A stretch of DNA of 64,000 bases, from assembly GCA_031409275.1 (NCBI GenBank), contig JANNXA010000055.1, positions 384,001-448,000 on the forward strand. The letters are read 5' to 3'. Within the stretch, counting starts at the first letter, position 1. Each line of letters opens with the position of its first letter. The notes beneath the pieces are model-generated. The model worked only from the letters and a program-made list of their open reading frames with translations. It had not been told where the DNA came from and made no database searches. This document shows positions 49,282 to 59,759 of this stretch, piece by piece. This stretch comes from Planctomycetota bacterium (GTDB lineage: Bacteria; Planctomycetota; B15-G4; SIAN01). A program made the position numbers and the translations under genes.

Positions 49282-50702
49282 GGATCGAGGTCCTTCAGCA
49301 ACTTGGCGTAGGCCTCAAAACCGCTCTCGCGCCCCTTCCTCCACGCTGCGATCAACGTCGTGGCGCGCGCCGCCTCCTTCTTTGGCAGCTTCGCCGCCGC
49401 ATCGCCCGCCGCGAACTGTTCCACCTTCTTCAGCACGTCGAGGATGTAGGCGTTGCGCCAGCCGGACTCGAGCAGCTCGAGGCCCGACTTCATCGCCTTC
49501 GCTGGGTCCTTCTCCGCCTGCTGCCAGAACTCGCGCGCTCCATCGGTCGCCACCTTCTCCATCGCCGCAAGCTCCGCGGCGTGCGCCTTGCACCACGCGC
49601 TGCAGGCGGTCACTCCGTCGAAGTCCTCGAGGAAGCGCGTCGCCATCCCGAGCCACTCCGCGCCACCCGCCTTCGTGAGCTTCTCCTTGCCGAGGCTCTT
49701 GTCGATCGCCGCCGCGATGGCGCTGGCGCACTTGTCGACCGCCGCCTTCGCTCGGGTCGCGGCCGCCTTCTGCGCCGACGTCGCGCCCGCAAACGACTCG
49801 AGCCGCGATGCCGCTGCGTGCAGCGCCGCGGGATCGATGCCGCCGTTCGCTTTCGAGTCGGAGAGGGTGGCGACCGCGTCCGCGATGCGCGCGGGGTCGT
49901 CGCTCGTCATCGCTTCGCACCACGCCAGCTCGTTCTGCGCCTGCTGCCAGTTCGGGGCGTGCGGCCAGCCCCACAGCGTGCGCAGGTGCACCAGCGGATA
50001 GCCGGCGTCGCGATAGGCGCTGCGACCCGCCACGCTTTGGCCCCACGGCACGTTGGCGTCGTCGGTGCCGTGCAGGAACGCGATCGCCTGGCCGTGGTTG
50101 GCCTTGGCGAGCTTGGACGACATCCACAAGGCGCCCGCATGGCCGACCACGCCGTCGACGTCCTTCGGGTATTCGCCGGCAAATTCGTAGACGAAGAAGG
50201 AGCCCTGGCTGTGGCCGTAGAGGAAGGTCTGGCGCACCTTGAACAGCGCCTTCAGTTCCTCCAGCACGGCATGCACCGCGGTGCACGATTCGCGGCCGGC
50301 GACGAACTCGAACGCTCCGGTCGACTCGAGCTTCACCGTGCCTTCGAGCGACACGACGATGTCGTCGGGCCGGAACTCGCCGGGCGGATGGTTCCAGAAC
50401 GTCCAACGGTAGTCGAGGCCGTTGCCGTGGAGCACGGCGGTGAGGTTCGCGCCGATCTTCGGGTCGTAGCTTTTCGGGACGTAGTACTCGTAGGGCGAGC
50501 CTGCCGCCGACTTCCATTGGTAGACCGTGCCGGTGCTCTTCGGGGACGGCGCCTTCGATTCGCGCTCGTCGTCGGCGATCGCTGTGGCGCTCGCCGGCCT
50601 CGACACGATCAGCGTGGCCAGCAGCAGCGAAGTGCAGCGGAGCAGCACCTTCGAGCAGCTGCGAACATGGTCGGCGATCGATTCGATCCTCGAACTCGAC
50701 AT
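49278..50702 (-). CDS. Exported alpha/beta hydrolase (esterase-like) with helical C-terminal domain
   Basis: VLHG, GHSQG nucleophile elbow, HGTDD..V, candidate His in GWPH. Confidence 0.75.
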   Translation of the reverse strand: MSSSRIESIADHVRSCSKVLLRCTSLLLATLIVSRPASATAIADDERESKAPSPKSTGTVYQWKSAAGSPYEYYVPKSYDPKIGANLTAVLHGNGLDYRWTFWNHPPGEFRPDDIVVSLEGTVKLESTGAFEFVAGRESCTAVHAVLEELKALFKVRQTFLYGHSQGSFFVYEFAGEYPKDVDGVVGHAGALWMSSKLAKANHGQAIAFLHGTDDANVPWGQSVAGRSAYRDAGYPLVHLRTLWGWPHAPNWQQAQNELAWCEAMTSDDPARIADAVATLSDSKANGGIDPAALHAAASRLESFAGATSAQKAAATRAKAAVDKCASAIAAAIDKSLGKEKLTKAGGAEWLGMATRFLEDFDGVTACSAWCKAHAAELAAMEKVATDGAREFWQQAEKDPAKAMKSGLELLESGWRNAYILDVLKKVEQFAAGDAAAKLPKKEAARATTLIAAWRKGRESGFEAYAKLLKDLDP

Positions 50703-51034
50703 GACTTGGATCCCTGAGCGCCGGCAGATCGTCTCGCCGCCGCGTGCGGAGAGCTCGACGGGGCGTGTCAGAAATAGTCAATCAAGCGGCCGCCGTCGAC
50801 GCGGTCACGCGATTGCAACGGCGCGGCACCTGCGCAGCAAGGGGGGCGTTCCAGGCCAGCCGCAGCAGGTCGGCCACCCACGCCTCGAGCGACCAGATGC
50901 TCCGAGCGGTCGCCCGACCTCTCCGCGCCGCGAGGCCGCAACGCAGACGCGAGCCAGCGCCCGCGGCCGGAACAGAACTTGACCCGCTCTCCTCGCAGCG
51001 CGAGAGTCGCGCCGCTCGGAAGCGGCAAGGAGCC

Positions 51035-51841
51035 ATGGTCCAGATCTGTCGCAAACTTCGGCTCGGGCTCATCTGGAGCGCGCTCGTTGCGCCGCTCTCA
51101 CTCGTCTCTTGTGGCGACGAAGCGGGCGCTCCACCTCCATGGTCGGAGCCCTCGGTGCTGGCGAGCGGCGTCGTCGTACGCGATGCCGAACTCGGCAGTG
51201 GCGAGCCGCTGATCGATGGCGAGTGGTTCGCGATCCACTACGACTGCCGCATCGCCGCCATCGGCACCGAGCCAGGACCGCCGTTGCCTTACGACAGCAC
51301 GCGGCGCGGCGAACCATTCGTCGCGCGGATCGGCGGCAATCACCTGCTGCCGGGCTTCGCGGATGGCGTCCGCGGGATGCGGGTCGGAGGTCATCGCCAG
51401 ATCGTGGTTCCGCCGGCGCAGGCGCATGGCGCGCGCGGCCGCGGACAGGTGCCTCCCGACGCGACGCTCGAATACGAGCTCTGGATGGTGGCGCGCTTCG
51501 AGCGTCACGCCAACGGCAGCTGGCAGCGCGTGCTCGTCGCCGGTTCAGGCACGCCGCCGCGCGCCGGCGACCAGGTGACGATCGACCAGCGGTCGTGGAC
51601 CTTCGAGGGCCAGCGCCTGCTCACCGACAGTCGCGAAGCGGGCGAGCTCTCCTTCGTGCTCGGACGCGGCGCGGCGCTGCCGGGACTCGAAGCGGCCTTG
51701 CTCGAGATGTCCCCGCGCGAGCGACGCCAGCTCGTGCTGCCCGCCGAACTCGCCTACGGCCCGCTGGGAGTGGGCATCGAGCTGCTGCCCGGGCAGGAGC
51801 TGTTGATGGAGGTCGAACTGACGCGCATCGCGCCTCGCTGA
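51035..51841 (+). CDS. Tandem FKBP-type peptidyl-prolyl isomerase, lipoprotein
   Basis: LVSC lipobox; 'GMRVGG.R...VPP..AHG..G...VPPDATL.YEL' and a second FKBP repeat; AAGGAG RBS. Confidence 0.88.
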   Translation: MVQICRKLRLGLIWSALVAPLSLVSCGDEAGAPPPWSEPSVLASGVVVRDAELGSGEPLIDGEWFAIHYDCRIAAIGTEPGPPLPYDSTRRGEPFVARIGGNHLLPGFADGVRGMRVGGHRQIVVPPAQAHGARGRGQVPPDATLEYELWMVARFERHANGSWQRVLVAGSGTPPRAGDQVTIDQRSWTFEGQRLLTDSREAGELSFVLGRGAALPGLEAALLEMSPRERRQLVLPAELAYGPLGVGIELLPGQELLMEVELTRIAPR

Positions 51842-51944
51842 CCAGCGTGGCGCGCGGACGGTCCCTTGCACGCCCTTCGTGAATCGGCAGACTCCAGCGC
51901 CGGGCACCTGCTTCGAGGGCGCGCGGCGAAAGGAGCGCTCTCGG

Positions 51945-54914
51945 ATGAAATCCAACGCACGCATCGTCCTCGTGATCGCTGCCGTCGGCGCTGCCCTCGG
52001 CGGCGCGGCTTGGTGGTGGACGCATCGCGAGCGTCCCGCGCTCGAGTTCAAGCCGAGTGATCTCGATCGCGACCGCGAGTTCGTCGCCGCGGCGCCGGCC
52101 CATGCCGCGAACGTCGATGCCGCCCGCGCCGCGGCACCGAAAGGTCCCATCGAGCCCGCCGGCCTCGAAGCGCCGGCGAGTTATCGACTCGCGCTTGGCA
52201 CGCTCACCGGTCGCCTGCTCGAACCCGACCTGACTCCGGTCGCCGACCTGCCCGTCTCCGCCGTCGAGTTCGAGCCGTCGCGTTTCCTGCTCGACACCGC
52301 GGTGCTGCTCGATGAGGCCTACGTTCCGCCGCCGCTCGAGTCGGCGCGCGCTCGCTCGGGTCCCGACGGTCGCTTCGAGTTGTCCGGTCTCGAGCCGCGC
52401 GCCGTGCACCTCCTCGGCATTGATCTCGGCGGCCCGCGCAGCAGCTTTCGCATCGTCGATCAGTCGCCGAAATCGGGCGAGGTGGTCGACCTCGGCGACA
52501 TCGTGCTCGAGCCGTTCGTCACCTTCACCGGGCGCGTCGTCGACAGCGAGCGCCAACCCGTGGCCGGCGCCCGCGTGCGGGCCACCAACCTGCCCGCGCT
52601 GATCTTCCAGTTCGGCATCGAGGACATCCGCCGCGGCTGCGGAGTCATGGTCGAAGTGCTCGATGCGCCGAAGGCCTTCGAGATCCCGCCGGTGGTCTGG
52701 GAGTTCGAACGGCTCGTGCCGATCCCGACGACGTTCAGCGGCGAGGATGGCACCTTCCGCTTGCCCGGCGTTCCGCTCGGCATGGCGACCGTGGTGGCCG
52801 ACCACCCCGGCAAGAAAGCGGTCACGAAGACGCAGCCCACTGGCAAGGGACGCGAACGGGCGATCGGCGACCTCTATCTCGGCGACGGCTTCGTCGTGCG
52901 CGGATTGGTGATCGACGGCGCCGAGAATCCGGTGCCCGGAATCGAGGTGCTCGTCGGCATCCGCAACGCGGCGGTGCCGGTGCCGGTCGCGCTGCTGCAA
53001 CCCGCCGGTCGCACCGGCGCGGATGGGCAGTTCGAGCTCTCCGGGCTTCCGCAAGGAAGCGACGCCTACGTCGCGACGCGCGCGTCACGCGGCCAGCCGT
53101 TGCAGGTGCACGGCCCCTTCAAGGCGCTCGACGAGACGCTGATCGTGCGGCTGCGGCCGCCGAGCGGCCTGATCGCGCACCTCATCGACGAAGCGGGCGC
53201 GCCGCTCGCCGAAGCGGAGCTCTTCATCGCTCCCGACCCGATCGAGGGCGGCGCCCCGCTGCCGCCGATCCTCGCGCCTCCGATGCAGAAGCTCACCGAG
53301 GTGACGCCACTAGGCGATGGCAACTTCCGCATCGCGGGACTCGACTTCGGCAAGTACCAGCTGATCGGACGCGCGAAGGAGTACGCCCTCGCGCAGACGA
53401 AGGTCGAAGTCGCCAACCCGCCGCTCACCTTCGACGTCGTCTTCAAGATGGCGCACTCGCTCGAGCTCGACGTGACGTCATTGCAGGAGGGCAAGCCGCT
53501 CGAGTGGGCGTTCGCGAGCCTCTGCCCCGAGGGCGTGTTCGAGCGGCCGGTGGCGCGCGGACGCACCAATCGCGACGGCAAGGTGGTGCTCGAACGCATC
53601 CCGGCCGGCAAGTACACGCTGACGGTGCAGCATCCGCTGAAGGCGACGCTCGAGCAGAAGGTCGAAGTTCCGTGCGAGCCGCTCACCGTCGCGCTTCCAG
53701 TCGGCGGCAACTTGAAGGGACGCGTGCACACCGCGGGAGCCGATCCCGGCAAGTCGCTCTTCGTGATCGTCACGCAGAAGGAAGTGCGGCGACCCGATGC
53801 CGTGCTGCCGACCTTCTCCGCGACCGCCGACACCGGCCACTTCGCCGTGGTGAACCTCGCCGTGGGGAACTATCGCTACGAGATCCGCGATCGCATCGTC
53901 GGCAAGGGGGCGCTCGCGCTGTTCGAGACCTTCCGCGACGATCCGCTGGCGCGCGGCGAGTTCGAGATCCGCGAAGCGGAGACGACGACGGTCGACATCG
54001 ACCTGCGTGGCGCGTTCGATGGCCCGGCCGGCGAGCTCTACGGCAACGTGACCATCAACGGCGTCCCGACCGCCGAACTCAGCGTGCGCGTCGAAGGCAA
54101 GCGCAACATCACGGCGAAGACCGACGAGCGGGGCAACTACCGGTTCGAATCGCTGCCGTCGGGCAGTTCACAACTTTCGGTGCAGGGGCTGAAGGGCGAC
54201 GCCGATCTGTTCGCGCTCGCCTCGGTGCTTCATCGCGAGGAGGTCGACATCGCTGCCGGCGGCGCGACGCAACGCAACTTCGCGCTCTCCATCGCCGCGG
54301 TGCGTGGGCGAGTCACCGGGCCAGGGATCCTCCCGTCGGGACTCGGGACGACCGTCATCCTGCGCGGCGGCGATGGCGCGATGGGCCAGTTCGCGTCGGT
54401 GAATCCGCTGACCGGCAGCTTCGAGATGCCCTTCGTGCCGGCCGGCAAGTACACCCTGCTCGTACGCAAGCGCGGCGCGGCCCCCTACTCGACCTCGATC
54501 GAAGTCGATCCGCGGCGGGGCGACGTCAGCGTCGATGTCGAGCTGATTGGTTCCGTCGCCGCAAGCGGGACGTTCCTTCTGCCGCCCGGCGACGCGGCGC
54601 CGGTCGAGACCGAAGGGCGACGCTCGTTCGCCTTCCTCGCGCTCATCGACTCCGAGGGCGCATCGGCTGGCCGCGGCACCGTCGATTGGGCCGCGGGCAC
54701 TTTCCGCTTCGAGGATTGCGCCCCCGGCGACTTCTCGGTGCAGCTATGGCGCGGCGAGAAAGTCGTGGTGGCTCGCGCCTTCTCGATTCCGGCGGGCGGC
54801 GTGAGCGAGGCAGAACTGCAGTTCGAGCAACCCAAGGAAGACGAGAAGATCACCTCCCCCTTCGGCAACGGCGGGGGCGGCCCCTTCGGGCGTCCGCGGC
54901 GCCGCGACGGCTAG
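51945..54914 (+). CDS. Membrane-anchored protein with repeated carboxypeptidase-regulatory-like (beta-sandwich) domains
   Basis: N-terminal TM; repeated 'GRVVD...PV.GA.V' and 'T..DG.F.L..LP.G.Y.L' units. Confidence 0.8.
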   Translation: MKSNARIVLVIAAVGAALGGAAWWWTHRERPALEFKPSDLDRDREFVAAAPAHAANVDAARAAAPKGPIEPAGLEAPASYRLALGTLTGRLLEPDLTPVADLPVSAVEFEPSRFLLDTAVLLDEAYVPPPLESARARSGPDGRFELSGLEPRAVHLLGIDLGGPRSSFRIVDQSPKSGEVVDLGDIVLEPFVTFTGRVVDSERQPVAGARVRATNLPALIFQFGIEDIRRGCGVMVEVLDAPKAFEIPPVVWEFERLVPIPTTFSGEDGTFRLPGVPLGMATVVADHPGKKAVTKTQPTGKGRERAIGDLYLGDGFVVRGLVIDGAENPVPGIEVLVGIRNAAVPVPVALLQPAGRTGADGQFELSGLPQGSDAYVATRASRGQPLQVHGPFKALDETLIVRLRPPSGLIAHLIDEAGAPLAEAELFIAPDPIEGGAPLPPILAPPMQKLTEVTPLGDGNFRIAGLDFGKYQLIGRAKEYALAQTKVEVANPPLTFDVVFKMAHSLELDVTSLQEGKPLEWAFASLCPEGVFERPVARGRTNRDGKVVLERIPAGKYTLTVQHPLKATLEQKVEVPCEPLTVALPVGGNLKGRVHTAGADPGKSLFVIVTQKEVRRPDAVLPTFSATADTGHFAVVNLAVGNYRYEIRDRIVGKGALALFETFRDDPLARGEFEIREAETTTVDIDLRGAFDGPAGELYGNVTINGVPTAELSVRVEGKRNITAKTDERGNYRFESLPSGSSQLSVQGLKGDADLFALASVLHREEVDIAAGGATQRNFALSIAAVRGRVTGPGILPSGLGTTVILRGGDGAMGQFASVNPLTGSFEMPFVPAGKYTLLVRKRGAAPYSTSIEVDPRRGDVSVDVELIGSVAASGTFLLPPGDAAPVETEGRRSFAFLALIDSEGASAGRGTVDWAAGTFRFEDCAPGDFSVQLWRGEKVVVARAFSIPAGGVSEAELQFEQPKEDEKITSPFGNGGGGPFGRPRRRDG

Positions 54915-55046
54915 GCCGCCCGTGCGGCCCGGCCCTTGCATTGAGCGGGGCTGGTGGTTTGCTCTCGCGGCGCGTTCCCACACTCGCCTCCCGGCGGCGT
55001 ATGGATGGGCGCTTCGCCGGCGCTCGTCGGCCGTGGAGATCCGCTC

Positions 55047-56714
55047 ATGCGTTCGTCTTCCTTGCGCGCCCCAATGGTGGCCGCCGCCGCGCTGCTTGCG
55101 TGCGCCGCGGCGCAAACTGGGGCAGCGAAGAGCGCGTTCGCTGCCAACGCTCTGAGCTGGTCGCTCGTGGCGCAGGCGGACGAGCCCTTCCGGCTCGGTC
55201 GCGCCTCGATCCAGCAGGTTTCGGTGGTCCAAGGCAGCCTCGCGGTCCAGACCGTCGCGCTCAAGGCGGGCAGCAAGGCGGGCAAGCTCCTGCGTGTCGA
55301 CGCGACCGGCGACGGCTTGCGCGTCGCGCTGCTGAAAGAGCAGCAACGCTTCCCGATCGAACTGGCGAGCGCGCTCGACATCGAGCTCCCGACCGACCTC
55401 TCGCTTCGCATCGAAGTCACCCTCGACGCCAAGCTCCTCGCCGTCGGCGCCCATCAAGGCAAGCTGCTCCTCACGATCGACGGCGCGAAGCTCGAACTGC
55501 CCATCGAGTGGGACGTCATCGAGCCGCCGAAGGCGAACGAGGACGACCTGCCGATCCCCAAGCCGCAGAGCGACTGGGTGAAGTACACGACCGACGGCCC
55601 GCAGCCGCGCGTCACTTGCGACCGCTACCGACACGACTTCGGCAAGCGCCTCTCCGGCGAACGGCTCGAGACGCAGTTCACGATCAAGAACGAGGGCGAG
55701 GGCGACCTCGTCATCATCAAGGTCGGCGCACAGTGCCACTGCACCCTCTCCGAGCTGCGATTGCCGGGGCGCGTCGTCTCGCCGAAGGAACTCCAGTTGA
55801 AGGAGGCCTACGGCACGCTCAAACCCGGCGAGCAGGCGACGCTCGACTGCACGGTCGACACGGCAGGGCTCGCCGGTTCCGTTCGCAAGAAGATCCAGGT
55901 GTACACCAGCGATCGCGCCCGCAGCCCGCTCTCGCTCGACATGGTCATGGTGGTCGACAATCCGTTCCAGCTCTCGCCGGCGAGCATCAGTTTCGGCGAT
56001 GTCCGCTACGGCGAACCGGTCGAGCGGGTGGTGCGCATGGCCTCGATCGACCAGGGCGAGTTCGCCATCGTCGGCCACGAGCTGCCGCAGCCGCCGGTGA
56101 TGGAGGTCGAGTACAAGCAGGTGAAGCCGCGCCGCAACGAGGTGTGCGTCTGGGAGATCACGCTGCGCTCGAAGGACGGGCTGCCGTGCAAGGAGCACTT
56201 CGGCAAGCTGAAGCTCACGCTCGACCACCCGACCATCAAGTCGCTCGACCAGTTGCACTACTCGATGCGCGTCGTGCCCGATGTGGCCTGGACCGTCGAC
56301 TCGCGCCGTTCCCCCGAAACCATCACGCTGGGCGTGGTGAAGGCGGGCACCAACGACGTGCGCTCGATCATGCTCGAGAACAAGAACCCGAAGGTCCCCT
56401 ACAAGGCGACCGGCGTCACCATCACTTCGCGACTCGGCACCGAGGCGTTCGCCGCCGAGCTCATCACGATCGAAGAGGGGCAGAAGTACGAGGTGAAGCT
56501 CAAGGTCATCGCGGCGCCCAAGAGCAAGGCCTTCTCCGGCGAGCTCGCCATCGCGGCCGAGAGCCCGACGCTGCCGCTGCTCAAGATCAAGTTCAGCGGC
56601 ATCTGGTCGGGCAACATCGCGGGCGGCACGACGCCCGTGCCCGCCGCACCCGCACCCGCGCCGGCGACGCCCGCGGTCCCGGCCGGTGACGGCGGCGGCG
56701 GCCCCGATCGCTGA
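55047..56714 (+). CDS. Exported DUF1573 / Ig-like domain protein
   Basis: 'HDFG......FTIKNEGEGDLVI.KV...CHCT', 'LKPGE', further Ig-like repeats, Pro/Ala tail. Confidence 0.75.
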   Translation: MRSSSLRAPMVAAAALLACAAAQTGAAKSAFAANALSWSLVAQADEPFRLGRASIQQVSVVQGSLAVQTVALKAGSKAGKLLRVDATGDGLRVALLKEQQRFPIELASALDIELPTDLSLRIEVTLDAKLLAVGAHQGKLLLTIDGAKLELPIEWDVIEPPKANEDDLPIPKPQSDWVKYTTDGPQPRVTCDRYRHDFGKRLSGERLETQFTIKNEGEGDLVIIKVGAQCHCTLSELRLPGRVVSPKELQLKEAYGTLKPGEQATLDCTVDTAGLAGSVRKKIQVYTSDRARSPLSLDMVMVVDNPFQLSPASISFGDVRYGEPVERVVRMASIDQGEFAIVGHELPQPPVMEVEYKQVKPRRNEVCVWEITLRSKDGLPCKEHFGKLKLTLDHPTIKSLDQLHYSMRVVPDVAWTVDSRRSPETITLGVVKAGTNDVRSIMLENKNPKVPYKATGVTITSRLGTEAFAAELITIEEGQKYEVKLKVIAAPKSKAFSGELAIAAESPTLPLLKIKFSGIWSGNIAGGTTPVPAAPAPAPATPAVPAGDGGGGPDR

Positions 56715-56735
56715 CGCCGGGAGCGGCGACCTCCG

Positions 56736-59654
56736 CTACTTGTCGTCCTCGTCCTCGCCGCCCGCCTCGAGGTAGCCGAGCTGCTGCAGCGCCTCGAGAT
56801 CGGCGGCACCGAGTCGCTCGCGCACCGCGTTGTCCCAGTGCTTGAAGCCGCGCTCCTCGTAGTCGCGATAGATCCGCTCGAGCTCCGACTGGATGGCGCG
56901 GCACGTCTCGGCGCGTGACTCCGACAAGTCGTTCAGCTCCAGCGGATCGTCGGCGAGGTTGAACAGCCAGGTCCGCTGCCGTCGGCACTTCGGACCGTAG
57001 TTGATCCACTTGAGGTTGCCGCTGATCAGGCACTTGCGGTCGGGGTACTCCTCGGCGATCACCGGCAGCTCCGGCACCTCCCCACCGCGCAGCACCATCC
57101 CGAGGTCGACCCCCATGAACTCCGACTCGGGGGCCTCGATCCCGCAACGCATCAGCAACGTCTGCGGCACGTCCATCACGCGAACGCGCTCCGCGACGCG
57201 AACGCCGCCCGGCGGATCGCCCGCGCGCCGGTCCGGCTTGAGCAGCAGCGGCACCTGCAGCAGCTCGTTCCAGAGCACCGTCCCGTGCCCGAAGCCGCCG
57301 TGGTCGGCGAACTCCTCGCCGTGGTCGGAAACGACCAGCACGATGGTGTCGTCCCACAACCCCTTCTCGCGCAGCCACTCGCACAGCTTCCCGAACTCGC
57401 GATCGTTGTAGAGGATCTCCTCGTCGTAGAGGTCGATCACCTGCTGGAGGTCGGCCGGCGGCAGCGGAGCGCGATCGGTCAGCTCGCGCGCGTTGGTGCG
57501 CCGCGGCGTCATCTCCCCTTCGTAGTTGCCGCTCCAGGTGCCCACGGTCGACTCGGGCGGGTCGTAGGGCGCGTGCGGGTCGATCGTGTGCAGGTAGAGG
57601 AAGAACGGCCGGTCGCGATTCGCGTCGAGCCACGCGAGCGCCGAATCGTGCACCTGGTTCGCGCGCGAATCGCCGCGTTTGCGCGCCTTCTCGATCGCTT
57701 CGAACTGGCTGAAGCCCTGCTCGAAGTTGAGGCTGGCGCCGTGCACGTGGGCGTTGGCGAGGAAGCCGGCGGTCGCGTAGCCCGCGCGCCGCAGCCGCTC
57801 GGCCAGCGTGTCGATCTGCGGCGCGAGCCCGGTGCTCTTGCTCGCGCCGTGGAAGCTGTGGAGGTAGCTCGAGAAGAGCGTCGCCACCGAAGGGCGCGTC
57901 CACGGCGCCTGCGAGTAGGCGCGCTCGAAGGTGATCCCTTCCGCGGCGAGACGCGCGAGGTTCGGGGTGGTATCGCGCGCATAGCCGTACGGAGTGCAGT
58001 GGTCGGCGCGCAGCGTGTCGATCAGATAGACCAGCACGTTGGGCTGGCGGCGCTTCGACGCACGGATCAGCAGCGGGTCCGCGAACGCGAAGAGCGCCTC
58101 GAACGCGGCGAGCGGGGTCCCGCCATCGCACGACGACTCGAAGCGAAGGACGCCGCGGCCGGCCGCGCTGGCCGGAATCTCCGTGACGGTGCGCTCCCAC
58201 TCGACCCGCCGCTTGCGGTTGCATTCGAGCGCGGCCAGCTCGGTCGTCTTGCCATCTTCGCGCACGAAGCGGACCCGCCCCCACACCGGCGGATGAAGCA
58301 GTCGCTCTTCCACCAGCGGCATCGCCGCCAGCGACACCTCGAAGCGGTCGCCCGCCTGCAGCTCGATCGGGAGTTCCATCAGCGTCGGCGCCGGCGCCAG
58401 CAACGCGAGGCGCGTGTCATCCTTCGACATCACGTGACGCACGAGCGGATGGCCGCCAGCCGACTCGAGCCCGCGCACGAACGGCGTTGGATCGCGCAGC
58501 GACTCCATCGGATCGCGCAGCCGCGCGAAGATCGCGCGCGGCTGGACCAGGAAAAAGGTGCCGCGCAACGGCCCCTTCGAGCGCAGCGTGACGCGCGCGC
58601 GGCCGAGGCGCGACGCCTCGAAGCGCACCTCGGCACCGCGCCCGCGCGCACGGCCGATCGGCTGCTGGTCGATGCTGACCTCGTACTCCTGGGCGAAGTC
58701 GCTGACCACGGCCGCGGCACCCGGCAGCAGGACGACGTCGCACTCGTGCTCCTTCACGTCGGTGCGATCGAGGCTGTAGTCGTAGAGCGTCTGCACCGGC
58801 GGCGGCGCCGCGATGGCGTAGTCGGCGACGAGGCCCGTCACTGCGCCAGGCGCGCGCACCAGGAGGCGATCACAGCCGTCGCTCGCCACCAGCGCGAAGG
58901 CGCGCAGCATCGCCATGCCACCCTTCTGCGGAGTGACGTCGCTCACGCGCACTCGCACCTCGACCGTGCCGCTGGCCACCGGCAGATCGAAAAAGCGCTC
59001 GTTCAGCTTGGATGCGCCTTCGAAGTCGCCAAGCGGCTTGCCGTCGATCGAGACCGCGTAGCGCGGCGCTTTTCCGACGGCGGTGAAGTCATCCTGCGTG
59101 CCGAGCACTTTGGTCGACAAGCCGAGCTTGCACGGAAAGTCGGGCAAAGGCACCTTGAACGAGATCTCCTCGTCCGCGGAGAAGACGATGTAGCGGTTGC
59201 CGTGCACGTCGCCGGCGCGCTCGAAGCTCTTGAAGTCGGGATGGTCCTTGAACAGCACCTCGACTCGCGACGGCAGCACCTCCGCCTTCACTTCCGGCGG
59301 CAGCGGCGCGCCGTCGAGCGTCATCGTCGGCGCCACCGCCTGCCCATCCGGACCGCGGGTGAGCGGGACATCGATGCGCCAGAGGCGCGTCTTGCCTTCG
59401 TCATGGACGCGTTCGGGCGGTACCTGATCGAGGATGAGCTGCGTGCGACCGAGCGGTTCGGCCTGGAGGAGGATCGAGGAGAGCTTGGCGTCGCCGATCC
59501 GATCGAGCAGGTGGAGGATCTCGTTCTGCGCGGCGGCGGGAGCCTGCTGGCGCGCCGGCGCACTTGCCGCGAAACCGAGCCAGGCGGAGACGGCGGCGCC
59601 CCGGAGAAGGAACCCGCCGGCCACGCGGGGACGTCGTAGGATGCCATTGCGCAC
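56736..59654 (-). CDS. Sulfatase-fold (alkaline phosphatase superfamily) protein with large N-terminal beta-rich extension
   Basis: PNVLVYLIDTLRADH, SQAPWTRPS, DPHAPY, SDHGEEF, LQQLGYL; signal-like N-terminus; start uncertain. Confidence 0.88.
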   Translation of the reverse strand: MRNGILRRPRVAGGFLLRGAAVSAWLGFAASAPARQQAPAAAQNEILHLLDRIGDAKLSSILLQAEPLGRTQLILDQVPPERVHDEGKTRLWRIDVPLTRGPDGQAVAPTMTLDGAPLPPEVKAEVLPSRVEVLFKDHPDFKSFERAGDVHGNRYIVFSADEEISFKVPLPDFPCKLGLSTKVLGTQDDFTAVGKAPRYAVSIDGKPLGDFEGASKLNERFFDLPVASGTVEVRVRVSDVTPQKGGMAMLRAFALVASDGCDRLLVRAPGAVTGLVADYAIAAPPPVQTLYDYSLDRTDVKEHECDVVLLPGAAAVVSDFAQEYEVSIDQQPIGRARGRGAEVRFEASRLGRARVTLRSKGPLRGTFFLVQPRAIFARLRDPMESLRDPTPFVRGLESAGGHPLVRHVMSKDDTRLALLAPAPTLMELPIELQAGDRFEVSLAAMPLVEERLLHPPVWGRVRFVREDGKTTELAALECNRKRRVEWERTVTEIPASAAGRGVLRFESSCDGGTPLAAFEALFAFADPLLIRASKRRQPNVLVYLIDTLRADHCTPYGYARDTTPNLARLAAEGITFERAYSQAPWTRPSVATLFSSYLHSFHGASKSTGLAPQIDTLAERLRRAGYATAGFLANAHVHGASLNFEQGFSQFEAIEKARKRGDSRANQVHDSALAWLDANRDRPFFLYLHTIDPHAPYDPPESTVGTWSGNYEGEMTPRRTNARELTDRAPLPPADLQQVIDLYDEEILYNDREFGKLCEWLREKGLWDDTIVLVVSDHGEEFADHGGFGHGTVLWNELLQVPLLLKPDRRAGDPPGGVRVAERVRVMDVPQTLLMRCGIEAPESEFMGVDLGMVLRGGEVPELPVIAEEYPDRKCLISGNLKWINYGPKCRRQRTWLFNLADDPLELNDLSESRAETCRAIQSELERIYRDYEERGFKHWDNAVRERLGAADLEALQQLGYLEAGGEDEDDK

Positions 59655-59759
59655 GAGAAAAGGCCTCCGAGTCGGTCGAGTCGCAGCGCCGTGGGCGCCA
59701 CCGAGCCATCAGGATCGGACGGCAAGATAGCCGAACCGGAGGAACGAACCCGAGGTCCC

